From Paludibacteraceae bacterium (GTDB lineage Bacteria > Bacteroidota > Bacteroidia > Bacteroidales > Paludibacteraceae), in NCBI GenBank assembly GCA_036308065.1, contig JAXJWL010000148.1, forward strand, positions 1-61,529: DNA of 61,529 nucleotides. The letters run 5' to 3'. The notes under the pieces were generated by a model. That model did no database searches. It was not told the origin of the DNA and worked only from the letters and a program-made list of their open reading frames with translations. Shown one piece after another: positions 47,440 through 57,138 of the stretch. Both the position numbers and the translations under genes were made by a program. Every line of letters starts with the position of its first letter. The first letter of the stretch is position 1.

Positions 47440-47592
47440 ACTCTTTGTTTTTAATGATTAGACATAAAGAAAACTGCACCTGACATTACATCAAGTGCAG
47501 TTTTATAAAATTTTGTGTGTTCGTAAAACTCTTAATTATTCGCTATGCTCATCTACACGTCCCAAAAGCCAACTCCTAACTCCACACACTAA

Positions 47593-48543
47593 CTATTTAT
47601 TAAATAGCTCTTTAATATTTCCTAAAGACCCCAACACTCCAGTTGCCTCATAAGGAAGGTATACTGTTTTATTATCCTTGCCAGAGGTCATTTCTTTTAA
47701 GCTTTCAATATACTTAATAGCAAGTAAATATTGCACAGGGTCTGCGCCTTTGTTAGATGCCACAGCAGCAGAAATTTGAGCAATTGCTTTTGCTTCTGCC
47801 TCTGCTTGAAGCACTTGAGCCTCAGCAAGACCTTGCGCTTTCAAGATGCTAGCTTGTTTTTCAGCCTCAGCTGCATTTATTTCCGCAGATTTTTCACCTT
47901 CAGATTTTAGGATAGCAGATTGTTTTTCACCTTCAGCTTTTAAGATTTCAGCACGACGGTCACGTTCTGCTTGCATTTGTTTTTCCATTGCAAAGCGAAT
48001 GCTTTCTGGAGGTGTAATATCTTGAAGTTCAACACGATTTACCTTCACACCCCATTTGTTTGTAGCATCGTCTAGCACAGCACGAAGCTTGCTATTAATA
48101 GTATCACGAGAAGTAAGAGTTTCGTCAAGTTCCATTTCACCCACCACATTACGAAGTGTAGTTTGAGTAAGTTTTTCAATTGCCAAAGGCAAATTTTTAA
48201 TCTCATAAACACTCTTCACAGGGTCTACTATTTGGAAGTAAAGCAGAGCATTAATCTCTGTCATTACGTTGTCTTTTGTAATCACACTTTGTTTGTCAAA
48301 GTCAATCACTTGCTCTCTTAAATCAATCTTTTTTGTAAGCCCGATAAAACCATTTGGCATGCGCACCGCAGTAGCTTTTGGTTTTTCCACAATAGGAAGA
48401 ATAATATTGATACCCGCTTGCAGAGTACGATTATATTTTCCTAAACGTTCAATAATAATAGTTTCAGACTGAGAAACAATCTTGATACCTTGTGACACAT
48501 AAATCACCACTAGTACCAACAATACAATTAAAAACTCTACCAT
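47593..48543 (-). CDS. SPFH/band-7 (stomatin/prohibitin-like) protein
   Basis: N-terminal TM, an SPFH domain and an Ala/Glu-rich coiled-coil tail. 316 aa, paired with nfeD upstream. Confidence 0.88.
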   Translation of the reverse strand: MVEFLIVLLVLVVIYVSQGIKIVSQSETIIIERLGKYNRTLQAGINIILPIVEKPKATAVRMPNGFIGLTKKIDLREQVIDFDKQSVITKDNVMTEINALLYFQIVDPVKSVYEIKNLPLAIEKLTQTTLRNVVGEMELDETLTSRDTINSKLRAVLDDATNKWGVKVNRVELQDITPPESIRFAMEKQMQAERDRRAEILKAEGEKQSAILKSEGEKSAEINAAEAEKQASILKAQGLAEAQVLQAEAEAKAIAQISAAVASNKGADPVQYLLAIKYIESLKEMTSGKDNKTVYLPYEATGVLGSLGNIKELFNK

Positions 48544-48551
48544 AACTTTTT

Positions 48552-48983
48552 TTATTTTAATGATTTAACTTTCAAAATAATACTATCTCGGCTAATTACT
48601 TCCACTTTTTCGCCCACGGCAATAACCTCAGAAGCCTCAGCCTTCCAATCGTCGCCATCAATTTTTACACGACCAGTGTTTTTATCTGGATTAATTTCCT
48701 CTGTTACAATTGCTTGACGCCCAACTATTGCATCTGCATTTGTCAAAACTTCGTCTTTCTTTTTAAGCAAAAATTTTACTACAAAAGGACGAATAAACAC
48801 AAAAGCTATAAATGAAACAACAGAAAAAATCAGCAACTGCCAAAGCACAGACAGCCCCAAATAAGCACCTAGTGCGGCAAACACAGCACCCAAAGAAAAA
48901 CAAACAACACCGAAACTCACTGTAAATATTTCTACTATAAGCAATATCAATGCTGTTATCAACCAAACGATATAAATTTCCAT
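48552..48983 (-). CDS. NfeD-family membrane protein
   Basis: Multi-TM N-terminus with a C-terminal OB-like domain (GRVKIDGDDWKA). It is the canonical partner of SPFH genes. Confidence 0.85.
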   Translation of the reverse strand: MEIYIVWLITALILLIVEIFTVSFGVVCFSLGAVFAALGAYLGLSVLWQLLIFSVVSFIAFVFIRPFVVKFLLKKKDEVLTNADAIVGRQAIVTEEINPDKNTGRVKIDGDDWKAEASEVIAVGEKVEVISRDSIILKVKSLK

Positions 48984-49047
48984 AATTATTATCTATTTTT
49001 TTATGAATTTCAAGTACTATCTTTTACAAAGATATAACATAAAACCA

Positions 49048-49078
49048 TTAATTCCTAATTCCTCATTCCTAATTCCTT
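49048..49078. repeat. Family C heptamer array (TTAATTCCTAATTCCTCATTCCTAATTCCTT)
   Basis: Read directly from the sequence. It lies in the divergent nfeD/pullulanase intergenic region. Confidence 0.85.
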
Positions 49079-49110
49079 GATTTTATGTTGGATTTTATAT
49101 TTTTTTTTAA

Positions 49111-49118
49111 TATTTTTG
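49111..49118 (+). promoter_or_regulatory. Candidate -7 box (TATTTTTG) for the pullulanase gene
   Basis: Matches TAnnTTTG, 86 nt upstream of the ATG. Confidence 0.4.
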
Positions 49119-49203
49119 CAAGGTTGAAACAAAGTATTGCCTATGAAATAGAAATTTACCTTATAGAAAAATCAAAATACTAAATTTTATTAACAATCAC
49201 ACT

Positions 49204-51207
49204 ATGTTTAAAAAATTAATTTCCGCACTTTTTATTTTATTATTTGCTATGTCTTCGTGTACAGAAAAACCACAAAAATACAATTCATTTAATGAATACC
49301 CAGTGTATGAAGGTAATGACCTAGAATACACATACACCCCAGAACTTACCACATTTAAACTTTGGTCTCCAGAGGCTGAACAAGTTAAAGTAAACATCTA
49401 CGAAACAGGTCTTGGTGGCGACCCACTATGCACTGTAGAAATGGATTATGAAGGGAAAGGTGTTTGGGCAACTAGTTTCGACGAAGACCTAAAAGGCAAG
49501 TTTTATACATTCCAAATCCTTTTTGAAGGCAATTGGCTTGCAGAATCTGTTGGTGCTTACGCAAAAGCTGTTGGTGTAAACGGCGTGAGAGGCGCTATCA
49601 TCGACATGGCAGAAACAAACCCTGAAGGTTGGGCAGAAGACAAATCTCCAGTTCTAAACAACTTCAACGAGATTTCACTTTACGAAGTGCACGTGCGCGA
49701 CTTCTCTGTTTCTCCTACCTCAGGTATGAAAAACAAAGGTAAATTCCTAGCATTCACCGAAGAAGGTACTGTTAACGACTTCGGTCAATCTACTGGTATC
49801 GACCACCTTAAAGAATTAGGCGTTACTCACGTTCACCTACTTCCATCATTCGACTATGCGTCTATCGACGAAACAACTTTAGAAAAAAATGTATACAACT
49901 GGGGTTACGATCCAGCAAACTTCAATGTACCAGAAGGTAGCTACTCTACAGACCCATACAACCCTATCAGCCGTATCAAAGAGTTTAAACAAATGGTACA
50001 ATCTCTTCACAAAAACGGCATTAGAGTAATTATGGACGTGGTTTACAACCACACAGCTACATGGGAAAATCACCCATTCACACGCACAGTGCCAGATTAT
50101 TACTATCGTCAAAACCCAGATGGTTCATATTCAAACGCTTCTGGTTGTGGCAACGAAACAGCATCAGAACGTGCTATGGTACGCAAATACATAGTAGAAT
50201 CTCTTAAATATTGGGTAAAAGAATACCACGTAGACGGTTTCCGTTTCGACCTTATGGCTATTCACGACATCACTACTATGAACGAAATTCGTAAAGCAAT
50301 GGACGAAATCGACCCTACCATCTTCATCTATGGTGAAGGCTGGACAGCAGGCGACTCTCCACTCCCATACGAAGAACGTGCTATCAAACAACACGTAAAC
50401 AGAATGCCAGGCATCGCAGTATTTAGCGACGACATCCGCGACGCACTAAAAGGTAGTTGGGCAAACGCAAAAGAACCAGCATTCGCAGCAGGTTACCAAG
50501 GCTACGACGAAACTATCAAATTTAGTGTAGTAGCTGCAACTCAACACGATAGCATTCACTACGGACTTATCAAATACGTAAACTTCCCATACGCATCAAG
50601 TCCATCACAAGTAATCAACTACGTATCTTGTCACGACGACCTTTGCCTAGTTGACAAAATCAATTATTCTTCTCCATACGGAGCAACAGACCTAGAAAAA
50701 CGCAAATTCAACCGTCTTTCTCAAAGTGTTGTATTCCTATCACAAGGTGTACCATTCATCTATGCTGGCGAAGAACTAATGAGAAATAAAAAAGGTGTTC
50801 ACAACTCATACCAATCTCCAGACAGCATCAACCAAATAGATTGGAACTTCAAAAAGACCAATCTAGACATGTACAACTACTACAAAGGTCTTATCCAAAT
50901 GAAAAAGGCACACCCTGCATTTAGAATGACCAACACAGAAGACGTACAACGCAACCTAAGATTTATCTTCACAGGTCAACAATGCGTGGTTGCTTACACA
51001 CTAGACGGTGCAGCAGTTGGCGATAGTTGGAGCAAAATTTTAGTTGTACACAACGGCAACAGACACAATATTTCATTAAATATCCCACAAGAAAACTGGA
51101 CCATTGCTTGCAACGGCGAAGAAGTAAACCCTAACGGTATCTTCAACTGGAACCAACCAGTACTAAACGTACCTGCATCTTCTACAATGGTTCTTTTCAA
51201 AAAATAA
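49204..51207 (+). CDS. pulA: Type I pullulanase (GH13) lipoprotein
   Basis: Lipobox (FAMSSC) and GH13 conserved regions (DVVYNHT, GFRFDLM, YGEGW, YVSCHDD). 667 aa. Confidence 0.88.
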   Translation: MFKKLISALFILLFAMSSCTEKPQKYNSFNEYPVYEGNDLEYTYTPELTTFKLWSPEAEQVKVNIYETGLGGDPLCTVEMDYEGKGVWATSFDEDLKGKFYTFQILFEGNWLAESVGAYAKAVGVNGVRGAIIDMAETNPEGWAEDKSPVLNNFNEISLYEVHVRDFSVSPTSGMKNKGKFLAFTEEGTVNDFGQSTGIDHLKELGVTHVHLLPSFDYASIDETTLEKNVYNWGYDPANFNVPEGSYSTDPYNPISRIKEFKQMVQSLHKNGIRVIMDVVYNHTATWENHPFTRTVPDYYYRQNPDGSYSNASGCGNETASERAMVRKYIVESLKYWVKEYHVDGFRFDLMAIHDITTMNEIRKAMDEIDPTIFIYGEGWTAGDSPLPYEERAIKQHVNRMPGIAVFSDDIRDALKGSWANAKEPAFAAGYQGYDETIKFSVVAATQHDSIHYGLIKYVNFPYASSPSQVINYVSCHDDLCLVDKINYSSPYGATDLEKRKFNRLSQSVVFLSQGVPFIYAGEELMRNKKGVHNSYQSPDSINQIDWNFKKTNLDMYNYYKGLIQMKKAHPAFRMTNTEDVQRNLRFIFTGQQCVVAYTLDGAAVGDSWSKILVVHNGNRHNISLNIPQENWTIACNGEEVNPNGIFNWNQPVLNVPASSTMVLFKK

Positions 51208-51986
51208 TGACAACTAGAGAAATAGTTAATATAATAGAATCTGAATATCCCAAATTCTCGCAAGAGATTTGGGATAATTCTGGTTTATTAATCGACAATG
51301 AAAACGCAGAAGCCACAGGCATTCTCATCTGTTTCGACATCACAGAAGACAGCATCAACGAAGCCATTGAAAAAAACTGCAATTTCATCGTCTCTCACCA
51401 CCCACTCTTTATTAATGGTCTGAAAAAGATTTCACAAGACACATACACAGAGCGTTGCGTGCGTCTTGCCATTAAAAACGACATTGCCATTTATTGTTGC
51501 CACACCCCTGTAGACAAATCTCGCAGTGGTATCAGTTTCAAAATGGCAGAAAAACTTGGGTTGGAAAATGTAGACTTCTTGAGCAAAGACGCAGACAAAG
51601 ACTTTGGTCTTGGCATTGTTGGAGAACTAACACAAGCCATGAATCCAATAGATTTTATCGCCCTTGTAAAAGAAACATTCGCCCAAGACAAGGTAAGATA
51701 CAGTCTAAACAAAGAGAAACCTATAAAAAAAGTAGCCTTTTGCGGAGGTAGTGGAGCATCACTCATAAATAGCGCTTTAAAAGCCAAGGCAGACGCTTAT
51801 ATTTGTGGCGACATAAAGCACCACGACTTCTTCAGCAGTCAAGAAGGCATCCTACTCATAGACGCAGGGCATTTTGAAACAGAGATTGCTATAAAAGATT
51901 TATTTTTTTCAGTTTTTTCAAAAAAAATTCCTAACTTTGCCGTCTATTTAGCAAAAACAGATAAAAGTCCAATAAAATACTTCTAA
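51207..51986 (+). CDS. Nif3-like dinuclear metal centre protein (YbgI/GTP cyclohydrolase 1 type 2 family)
   Basis: SHHPLFINGLKK motif and C-terminal GDIKHHD...GHFETE. 259 aa. Confidence 0.85.
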   Translation: MTTREIVNIIESEYPKFSQEIWDNSGLLIDNENAEATGILICFDITEDSINEAIEKNCNFIVSHHPLFINGLKKISQDTYTERCVRLAIKNDIAIYCCHTPVDKSRSGISFKMAEKLGLENVDFLSKDADKDFGLGIVGELTQAMNPIDFIALVKETFAQDKVRYSLNKEKPIKKVAFCGGSGASLINSALKAKADAYICGDIKHHDFFSSQEGILLIDAGHFETEIAIKDLFFSVFSKKIPNFAVYLAKTDKSPIKYF

Positions 51987-51990
51987 CGAT

Positions 51991-52776
51991 ATGACAGAAA
52001 AGACAAAAGAAATTTCAGTAGAGCAAAAACTTAAAGCTCTATATGATTTACAATGCATTATGTCTCAAATAGACAAAATCAAGATTTTACGTGGCGAACT
52101 TCCTCGTGAAGTACAAGACCTAGAAGACGAAATCGTTGGTTTACAAACTCGTATCCAAAACTTCAATAAAGACTGCGAAACTCTAACTGTAGAAATTGGC
52201 AAACTTCAAGAATCTATCAGAGTTTCTCAAGAAAATATGGCTCGTTACAAAGAACAAATGGATAATGTTCGCAACAACTTAGAATACGAACACCTAAGCA
52301 GAGAAGTTTCTTATGAAGAGCTAAACATCAAAGCATTTGAAAAGAAAATCAGAGAGTTTGAAGGAAGTATCAAATATAAACTAGACGAACAAGACAAAGC
52401 TAATGCTCTTCTTGCAGAAAAAGCAAAAGACTTAGACGATAAAAAATCTGAGTTAGATAGCATTATCGTTAGCACCAAAAAAGAAGAAGAAGAACTTAGA
52501 GAACAAGCTAAAACTTTAGAAGCAGTTATCGAGCCTCGTCTTCTTGCAGCATTTAAACGTATCCGTAAAAATGCAATGAATGGTCTTGGTGTGGTTTATA
52601 TCCAACGTGACGCTTGCGGTGGTTGTTTCAACAAAATCCCAGCTCAACGCCAACTAGACATCCGTTTAAGAAAGAAAATTATTGTTTGTGAGCACTGCGG
52701 CCGTATCATCATCGACCCAGAACTAGCAGGAGTAGTAATAGAAGAAGCACCTGCAGCTCCAACAAAAAGAAGATAA
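51991..52776 (+). CDS. Coiled-coil zinc-ribbon protein (COG1579-like, usual Nif3 neighbour)
   Basis: A long coiled coil followed by CGGC...CEHCGR zinc ribbon. 261 aa. Confidence 0.8.
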   Translation: MTEKTKEISVEQKLKALYDLQCIMSQIDKIKILRGELPREVQDLEDEIVGLQTRIQNFNKDCETLTVEIGKLQESIRVSQENMARYKEQMDNVRNNLEYEHLSREVSYEELNIKAFEKKIREFEGSIKYKLDEQDKANALLAEKAKDLDDKKSELDSIIVSTKKEEEELREQAKTLEAVIEPRLLAAFKRIRKNAMNGLGVVYIQRDACGGCFNKIPAQRQLDIRLRKKIIVCEHCGRIIIDPELAGVVIEEAPAAPTKRR

Positions 52777-52832
52777 TTTTGGTGATTGTACCAAACATAA
52801 AAAAAGTGGTTTCTCTCAAGAAACCACTTTTT

Positions 52833-53390
52833 TTATAGTATATTTTCAATTACTTTAGGATACCATTCATATTCCAGTGCATGCACCTTTGTTGCCACAT
52901 CCTCTGGCGTATCAGTAGGAAGCACCTCACATTTATACTGAGCCACGTGCTCACCCTCGTCAAATCTGTCATTCAAGAAGTGAATTGTAATACCAGACTC
53001 TGTTTCCTTGTTTTCCACCACTGCTTTGTGTACATTGTCACCATACATACCTTTACCACCATATTTTGGTAGCAAAGATGGGTGAATATTAATCACCTTG
53101 TTTGGATAAGCCTCAAGCATATCATCAGGTATTCTTAGCAAGAAACCAGCCAATACCACCAAATCTATTTTATTATCCAATAGAAACTTAGTTGCTACTC
53201 CACTTTCAAAGTCTGCCTTTGGAATCACATACGAAGGCACTCCAAGATACTTACATCTTTCGTGCACATACACTTCTTTTCTATTAGAAATCACAAATGG
53301 AACTTCCACTTCATTGTTTGCAGAGAAATATTTAATAATATTCTCAGCATTGCTTCCCGAGCCCGATGCTAAAATTGCTATTCTTTTCAT
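52833..53390 (-). CDS. purN: Phosphoribosylglycinamide formyltransferase
   Basis: SGSGSNAE and NIHPSLLPKYGG motifs. I place the start at MKRIAILASG (53390). Confidence 0.9.
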   Translation of the reverse strand: MKRIAILASGSGSNAENIIKYFSANNEVEVPFVISNRKEVYVHERCKYLGVPSYVIPKADFESGVATKFLLDNKIDLVVLAGFLLRIPDDMLEAYPNKVINIHPSLLPKYGGKGMYGDNVHKAVVENKETESGITIHFLNDRFDEGEHVAQYKCEVLPTDTPEDVATKVHALEYEWYPKVIENIL

Positions 53391-53433
53391 AAATTCAAAT
53401 TCGCCCACAAAAATAATAAAAAAATAAGAAAAT

Positions 53434-53465
53434 AACTCCTAATTCCTAATTCCTAATTCCTAATT
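53434..53465. repeat. Family C heptamer array (AACTCCTAATTCCTAATTCCTAATTCCTAATT)
   Basis: Read directly from the sequence. It lies in the divergent purN/M23 intergenic region. Confidence 0.85.
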
Positions 53466-53490
53466 ATTTTTGATTTTTATCAAAATTTCT

Positions 53491-53498
53491 TACATTTG
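53491..53498 (+). promoter_or_regulatory. Candidate -7 box (TACATTTG) for the M23-merR-phoA operon
   Basis: Matches TAnnTTTG, 24 nt upstream of the ATG at 53522. Confidence 0.45.
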
Positions 53499-53521
53499 CA
53501 GTTAGAAATCAAAAAAATACT

Positions 53522-54514
53522 ATGTCTTTCTTTAAGCCTAACGCTCCACAATATAAATTCAACAAGAAAACCCTTAAGTATGAAAAGGTTGAATACACCT
53601 TTTGGTACAGAACTAAGGGTGTGCTTCGATTTATATTTACCAGCGCATTGTTGGGCTTTGCATTTTTCCTACTCTTCATTTTCATTTTCCCTTCGCCTTC
53701 GGCAAAAAAACTACAAAAAGAAAATGAGGAAATTGCTACACAATACGAAATTTTGTCAAAAAAACTAGACCATGCTCTAGAAATTATGGATATTATCCAA
53801 GAACGCGACAACAATTTCTATCGTGTAATGTTAGAAGCAGACTCTATTCCATATCTACTTAGAACTGGAAACTATGCAGCTACCGCTAGATACGACAAAT
53901 GGGACGACTTCAAGACTGCATCACTAGTTAAAAACACATCTAAAAAGATAGACAAACTAAACAGAATGCTATACACTCAATCAAATTCCTTTGATGAGTT
54001 GATAGTACTTGCAAAACAAAGCGAAGACAAACTTCTACACATTCCTGCAATACAACCTATTCTAAATAAAGACCTTAAGCGCACCGCATCTGGCTACGGA
54101 AGACGTATCGACCCTATCTACAAAACAATACGTTTCCACAAAGGTATGGACTTCTCTGCCCCAACAGGCACAGAAATTTTTGCCACAGCCGACGGTGTCA
54201 TCGAAAAAATATCTTGGGACAAAACAGGCTACGGCAACTGCGTAGTAATCAATCATGGATATGGTTATGTTACCCTATATGCACACTGCCACAAATTCCA
54301 AAAAGGACTTAGAAAAGGCCTAAAAGTAAAACGTGGCGACGTAATCGCATTTGTAGGCAACACAGGCAAATCTACAGGTCCTCACCTACACTACGAAGTA
54401 AGATACAAGGGCAAACATCAAAACCCTCAAAACTATTATTTCCAAGACCTTTCACCAGAAGAATACGACAATATGGTGCGTATTTCTTCAAACAGCTCAA
54501 AAACATTTGACTAA
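53522..54514 (+). CDS. M23-family peptidoglycan metalloendopeptidase
   Basis: N-terminal TM with HKGMDFSAPTGT and GPHLHYEV motifs. 330 aa. Confidence 0.88.
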   Translation: MSFFKPNAPQYKFNKKTLKYEKVEYTFWYRTKGVLRFIFTSALLGFAFFLLFIFIFPSPSAKKLQKENEEIATQYEILSKKLDHALEIMDIIQERDNNFYRVMLEADSIPYLLRTGNYAATARYDKWDDFKTASLVKNTSKKIDKLNRMLYTQSNSFDELIVLAKQSEDKLLHIPAIQPILNKDLKRTASGYGRRIDPIYKTIRFHKGMDFSAPTGTEIFATADGVIEKISWDKTGYGNCVVINHGYGYVTLYAHCHKFQKGLRKGLKVKRGDVIAFVGNTGKSTGPHLHYEVRYKGKHQNPQNYYFQDLSPEEYDNMVRISSNSSKTFD

Positions 54515-54861
54515 TGAGCCAAGAGAAAGAGAAATATTATTATTCCATCACAGAAGTGGCAGAAATGTTTAATATAAATGCATCTACACTTCGTTTTTGG
54601 GAAAAAGAGTTCCCTACTCTAAAACCAGACACCAACGAGAAAGGCACACGAAAATACACTAAAAAAGATATTGAACTCATAAAACAGATTCATTATTATA
54701 GTGTTACAAAAGGTATGACCCTAAAAGGAGTGAAAGCACAACTCGTAAAAAATAAAAGCAAAAAATACGACAGCGTCACTCTTATAGACGAACTATTATC
54801 CATAAGAACTTCATTAGAAGAAATAAGAAAAGAACTAAACAAGTTTAAAGACACACCATGA
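54514..54861 (+). CDS. MerR-family HTH transcriptional regulator
   Basis: YSITEVAEMFNINASTLRFWEKEF helix-turn-helix. 115 aa. Confidence 0.8.
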   Translation: MSQEKEKYYYSITEVAEMFNINASTLRFWEKEFPTLKPDTNEKGTRKYTKKDIELIKQIHYYSVTKGMTLKGVKAQLVKNKSKKYDSVTLIDELLSIRTSLEEIRKELNKFKDTP

Positions 54862-55862
54862 AACAATTACTTATTATCTTATCAGTTTTGGCATTGAGCA
54901 TTTCGTCTTATGCCAACGAGCCTATCAAGCAAGTTATCTTCATTATAGGCGACGGTATGGGACTAAACCAAATGTGCAAACTAGACTCTCCAAACCATTT
55001 TGAACGCGCCAATTATATCGGCCTTTCAAAAACATACTCTGCAAGTCACAAAGTAACAGACTCAGCAGCAGGCGGCACAGCACTTGCATGCGGAGTGAAA
55101 ACACAAAACGGTATGCTAGGTATGAATGCGGACTCTATCCCTGTAAACTCTATTCTAAGCATTCTTAAAGAAAAAGGATTTAGCACAGGTATAGTAGCAA
55201 GTTGCCGTATCAATCACGCCACACCTGCTTCTTACTACGCACACCAACCAAACAGAAATATGGACGCAGAAATCCTTGCAGACCTTTATGCAAATGGTCC
55301 AGACGTTTTTGTAGCAGGTGGCAACAAACTTCTAAGCGTAGAATCACTTGAAAAAGCTGGTTACAAATATGTTAACAACATTGGTGACCTTCAAAAACAA
55401 GAAAATGGGAAAGTTGCATGCGTTTTAGCCACAGAAGATATGCCAAACGCACTTGAGCGTGGCAACGAAATCACCCTTGGCACCGCAGAAGCAATCAGAC
55501 TATTAGAAAAAAATGAGAAAGGCTTCTTCATTATGATAGAGGGTTCTCAAATAGACTGGGCAGGTCACAACAATCAAGCAGACTATATGCTAGCAGAAAT
55601 GCAAGACATCAACAAAGTAATCGGTCTTTGCCTGGACTATGCTGACGCAAACCCAGGCACACTTGTTATTGTCACAGCCGATCACGAAACAGGTGGCACT
55701 ACCATTGTAGGCGAAGAAAAAGAGTACAAATACACTACAGGCAACCACACAGGCGCTATGGTACCAGTTTATAGCTATGGCACAGGTGCAGAAAACTTTA
55801 GTGGAATATTTGAAAACACCACATTCAAAGACAAAATTTTAAATTTAATGCAAGTTAAATAG
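54858..55862 (+). CDS. Alkaline phosphatase family protein (compact PhoA-like)
   Basis: Signal peptide with GDGMG, the active-site Ser region DSAAGGTALACG, DWAGH and TADHETGG. 334 aa. Confidence 0.85.
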   Translation: MKQLLIILSVLALSISSYANEPIKQVIFIIGDGMGLNQMCKLDSPNHFERANYIGLSKTYSASHKVTDSAAGGTALACGVKTQNGMLGMNADSIPVNSILSILKEKGFSTGIVASCRINHATPASYYAHQPNRNMDAEILADLYANGPDVFVAGGNKLLSVESLEKAGYKYVNNIGDLQKQENGKVACVLATEDMPNALERGNEITLGTAEAIRLLEKNEKGFFIMIEGSQIDWAGHNNQADYMLAEMQDINKVIGLCLDYADANPGTLVIVTADHETGGTTIVGEEKEYKYTTGNHTGAMVPVYSYGTGAENFSGIFENTTFKDKILNLMQVK

Positions 55863-55883
55863 CTGAATATTAAAAAAAAGCAT

Positions 55884-55891
55884 TATCTTTG
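55884..55891 (+). promoter_or_regulatory. Candidate -7 box (TATCTTTG) for rplS
   Basis: Matches TAnnTTTG, 87 nt upstream of the rplS ATG. Confidence 0.45.
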
Positions 55892-55977
55892 CACTCGTTT
55901 TGGCGCAATCTCTGTCAAGGCAATGTTTGGAACTTGTTATATTGCGTAATGTCAAACCAAAAAAATAAATATTTAAA

Positions 55978-56325
55978 ATGGATTTATTAAAAATTGCTGA
56001 AGCTGCATTCGCAACTGGTAAAGAAATGCCAGCTTTCAAAAGTGGTGACACAGTAACTATCTCTTACAAAATTATTGAAGGTAACAAAGAACGTATCCAA
56101 CAATATCGTGGTGTAGTTATCAAAATCGTAGGTCACGGAAACAAAAAAAGATTTACTGTACGTAAAGTATCAGAAAACGTTGGTGTAGAAAGAATTTTCC
56201 CATTCGATTCTCCATTCATCGAAAAAGTAGAAGTAAACAAAATTGGTAAAGTACGTCGTGCGAAACTTTATTACCTACGTTCACTTACTGGTAAAAAAGC
56301 TCGTATCAAAGACAAAAAACAATAA
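55978..56325 (+). CDS. rplS: 50S ribosomal protein L19
   Basis: [29 protein letters not shown] is a canonical L19 sequence. 115 aa. Confidence 0.95.
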   Translation: MDLLKIAEAAFATGKEMPAFKSGDTVTISYKIIEGNKERIQQYRGVVIKIVGHGNKKRFTVRKVSENVGVERIFPFDSPFIEKVEVNKIGKVRRAKLYYLRSLTGKKARIKDKKQ

Positions 56326-56351
56326 TAATACCATATCAGTTGGCTTAAAAA

Positions 56352-56383
56352 AGAGAAAATCGTTTGATTTTCTCTTTTTTTTT
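56352..56383 (+). terminator. Intrinsic terminator of rplS
   Basis: 10-bp stem AGAGAAAATC / GATTTTCTCT, loop GTTT, followed by T8. Confidence 0.88.
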
Positions 56384-56449
56384 ATGCAAAAGTTTGCATT
56401 AAAATTTTTATTTTATAAATTTGTATAGATTTTACAAAATTGTCATTCT

Positions 56450-56752
56450 GTGGAGAATAATACTTCCCTAAAACAGTTCACCAAAAAAGTAGAAGCGCTA
56501 GTGCGACTACTACAAGAAAAAGATGCTAAAATAGCATTGTTAGAGGCAGAGAAGGAAGAATTAAGAAAGGAAATAAAACTTTCATACGCAGAAAATGTAG
56601 AATTGCAAAACAAGTACGACAACTTGCAAATAGCACAAGCACTCATTTCATTATCAAATAAAGATGTGGCAAGAGCAAAAGCAAAGTTGACTACTATGAT
56701 GAAAACGATAGATAGATGTATTGAAAAAATAGATGACAATAGCCATGAATAA
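56450..56752 (+). CDS. Small coiled-coil protein (ZapB-like position upstream of zapA)
   Basis: 100 aa with heptad-rich sequence (LLQEKDAKIALLEAEKEELRKEIK). Function is inferred only from context. Confidence 0.5.
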   Translation: MENNTSLKQFTKKVEALVRLLQEKDAKIALLEAEKEELRKEIKLSYAENVELQNKYDNLQIAQALISLSNKDVARAKAKLTTMMKTIDRCIEKIDDNSHE

Positions 56753-57035
56753 TGATAAACTTCAAATAAAGCTAAATATTCTAGGCACAGATTTTAAATT
56801 ATACATCGAAAGGAGTGAAGAAGCTTACTATAGAAGAGCTGAAAGAGAAATTAATAAAATTCACACCAAATATTGTTCTAAATACTCATCTGTTAAAGAC
56901 TTTAATAAACTTTCTGGCATGACATTGTTGCACTTTGCAGTAAATCTATTGTACGAAAGAGACCAGTCTAACGACATATCAGAGAGTCTAACAGATTTGG
57001 GCAACTTAATAGAGCAATACACCAACAAGGAATAA
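56733..57035 (+). CDS. zapA: Cell division protein ZapA-like
   Basis: LNILGTDFKLYIERSEEAYYRRAEREIN resembles the ZapA N-terminal domain. An alternative start is at 56745. The gene lies upstream of rny, as in many Bacteroidota. Confidence 0.6.
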   Translation: MTIAMNNDKLQIKLNILGTDFKLYIERSEEAYYRRAEREINKIHTKYCSKYSSVKDFNKLSGMTLLHFAVNLLYERDQSNDISESLTDLGNLIEQYTNKE

Positions 57036-57060
57036 TATACCCTACTTAGTGTACGTTTTA

Positions 57061-57082
57061 TATATTTGCAATTCTATATTTG
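57061..57082 (+). promoter_or_regulatory. Two candidate -7 boxes (TATATTTG at 57061 and at 57075) upstream of rny
   Basis: Both match TAnnTTTG. Confidence 0.4.
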
Positions 57083-57138
57083 TCAAAAGACATGACAAAT
57101 AAGAGTTGCATTTTTTATTTTAAAATTATTTATATACT

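Noticed and set aside
44701-47479. GATATAAAGAA / GACATAAAGAA as direct repeats (att sites) bounding the ATPase-recombinase islet
   Set aside because: The match is only 10 of 11 nt in AT-rich DNA, which is expected by chance. I mention it in a finding as a lead but do not annotate it.
53496-53814. ORFs 53496-53768 (+) and 53509-53814 (-) overlapping the start of the M23 peptidase gene
   Set aside because: They are alternative-frame or antisense shadows of a well-supported CDS (53522-54514), and the -7 box at 53491 fits the M23 start.
57036-57138. Possible 6S RNA or another ncRNA in the zapA-rny gap, by analogy with zapA-ssrS in other phyla
   Set aside because: The gap is only about 100 nt and AT-rich, and it contains two TAnnTTTG promoter-like boxes for rny. 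I could not build the long interrupted helix expected of 6S RNA.
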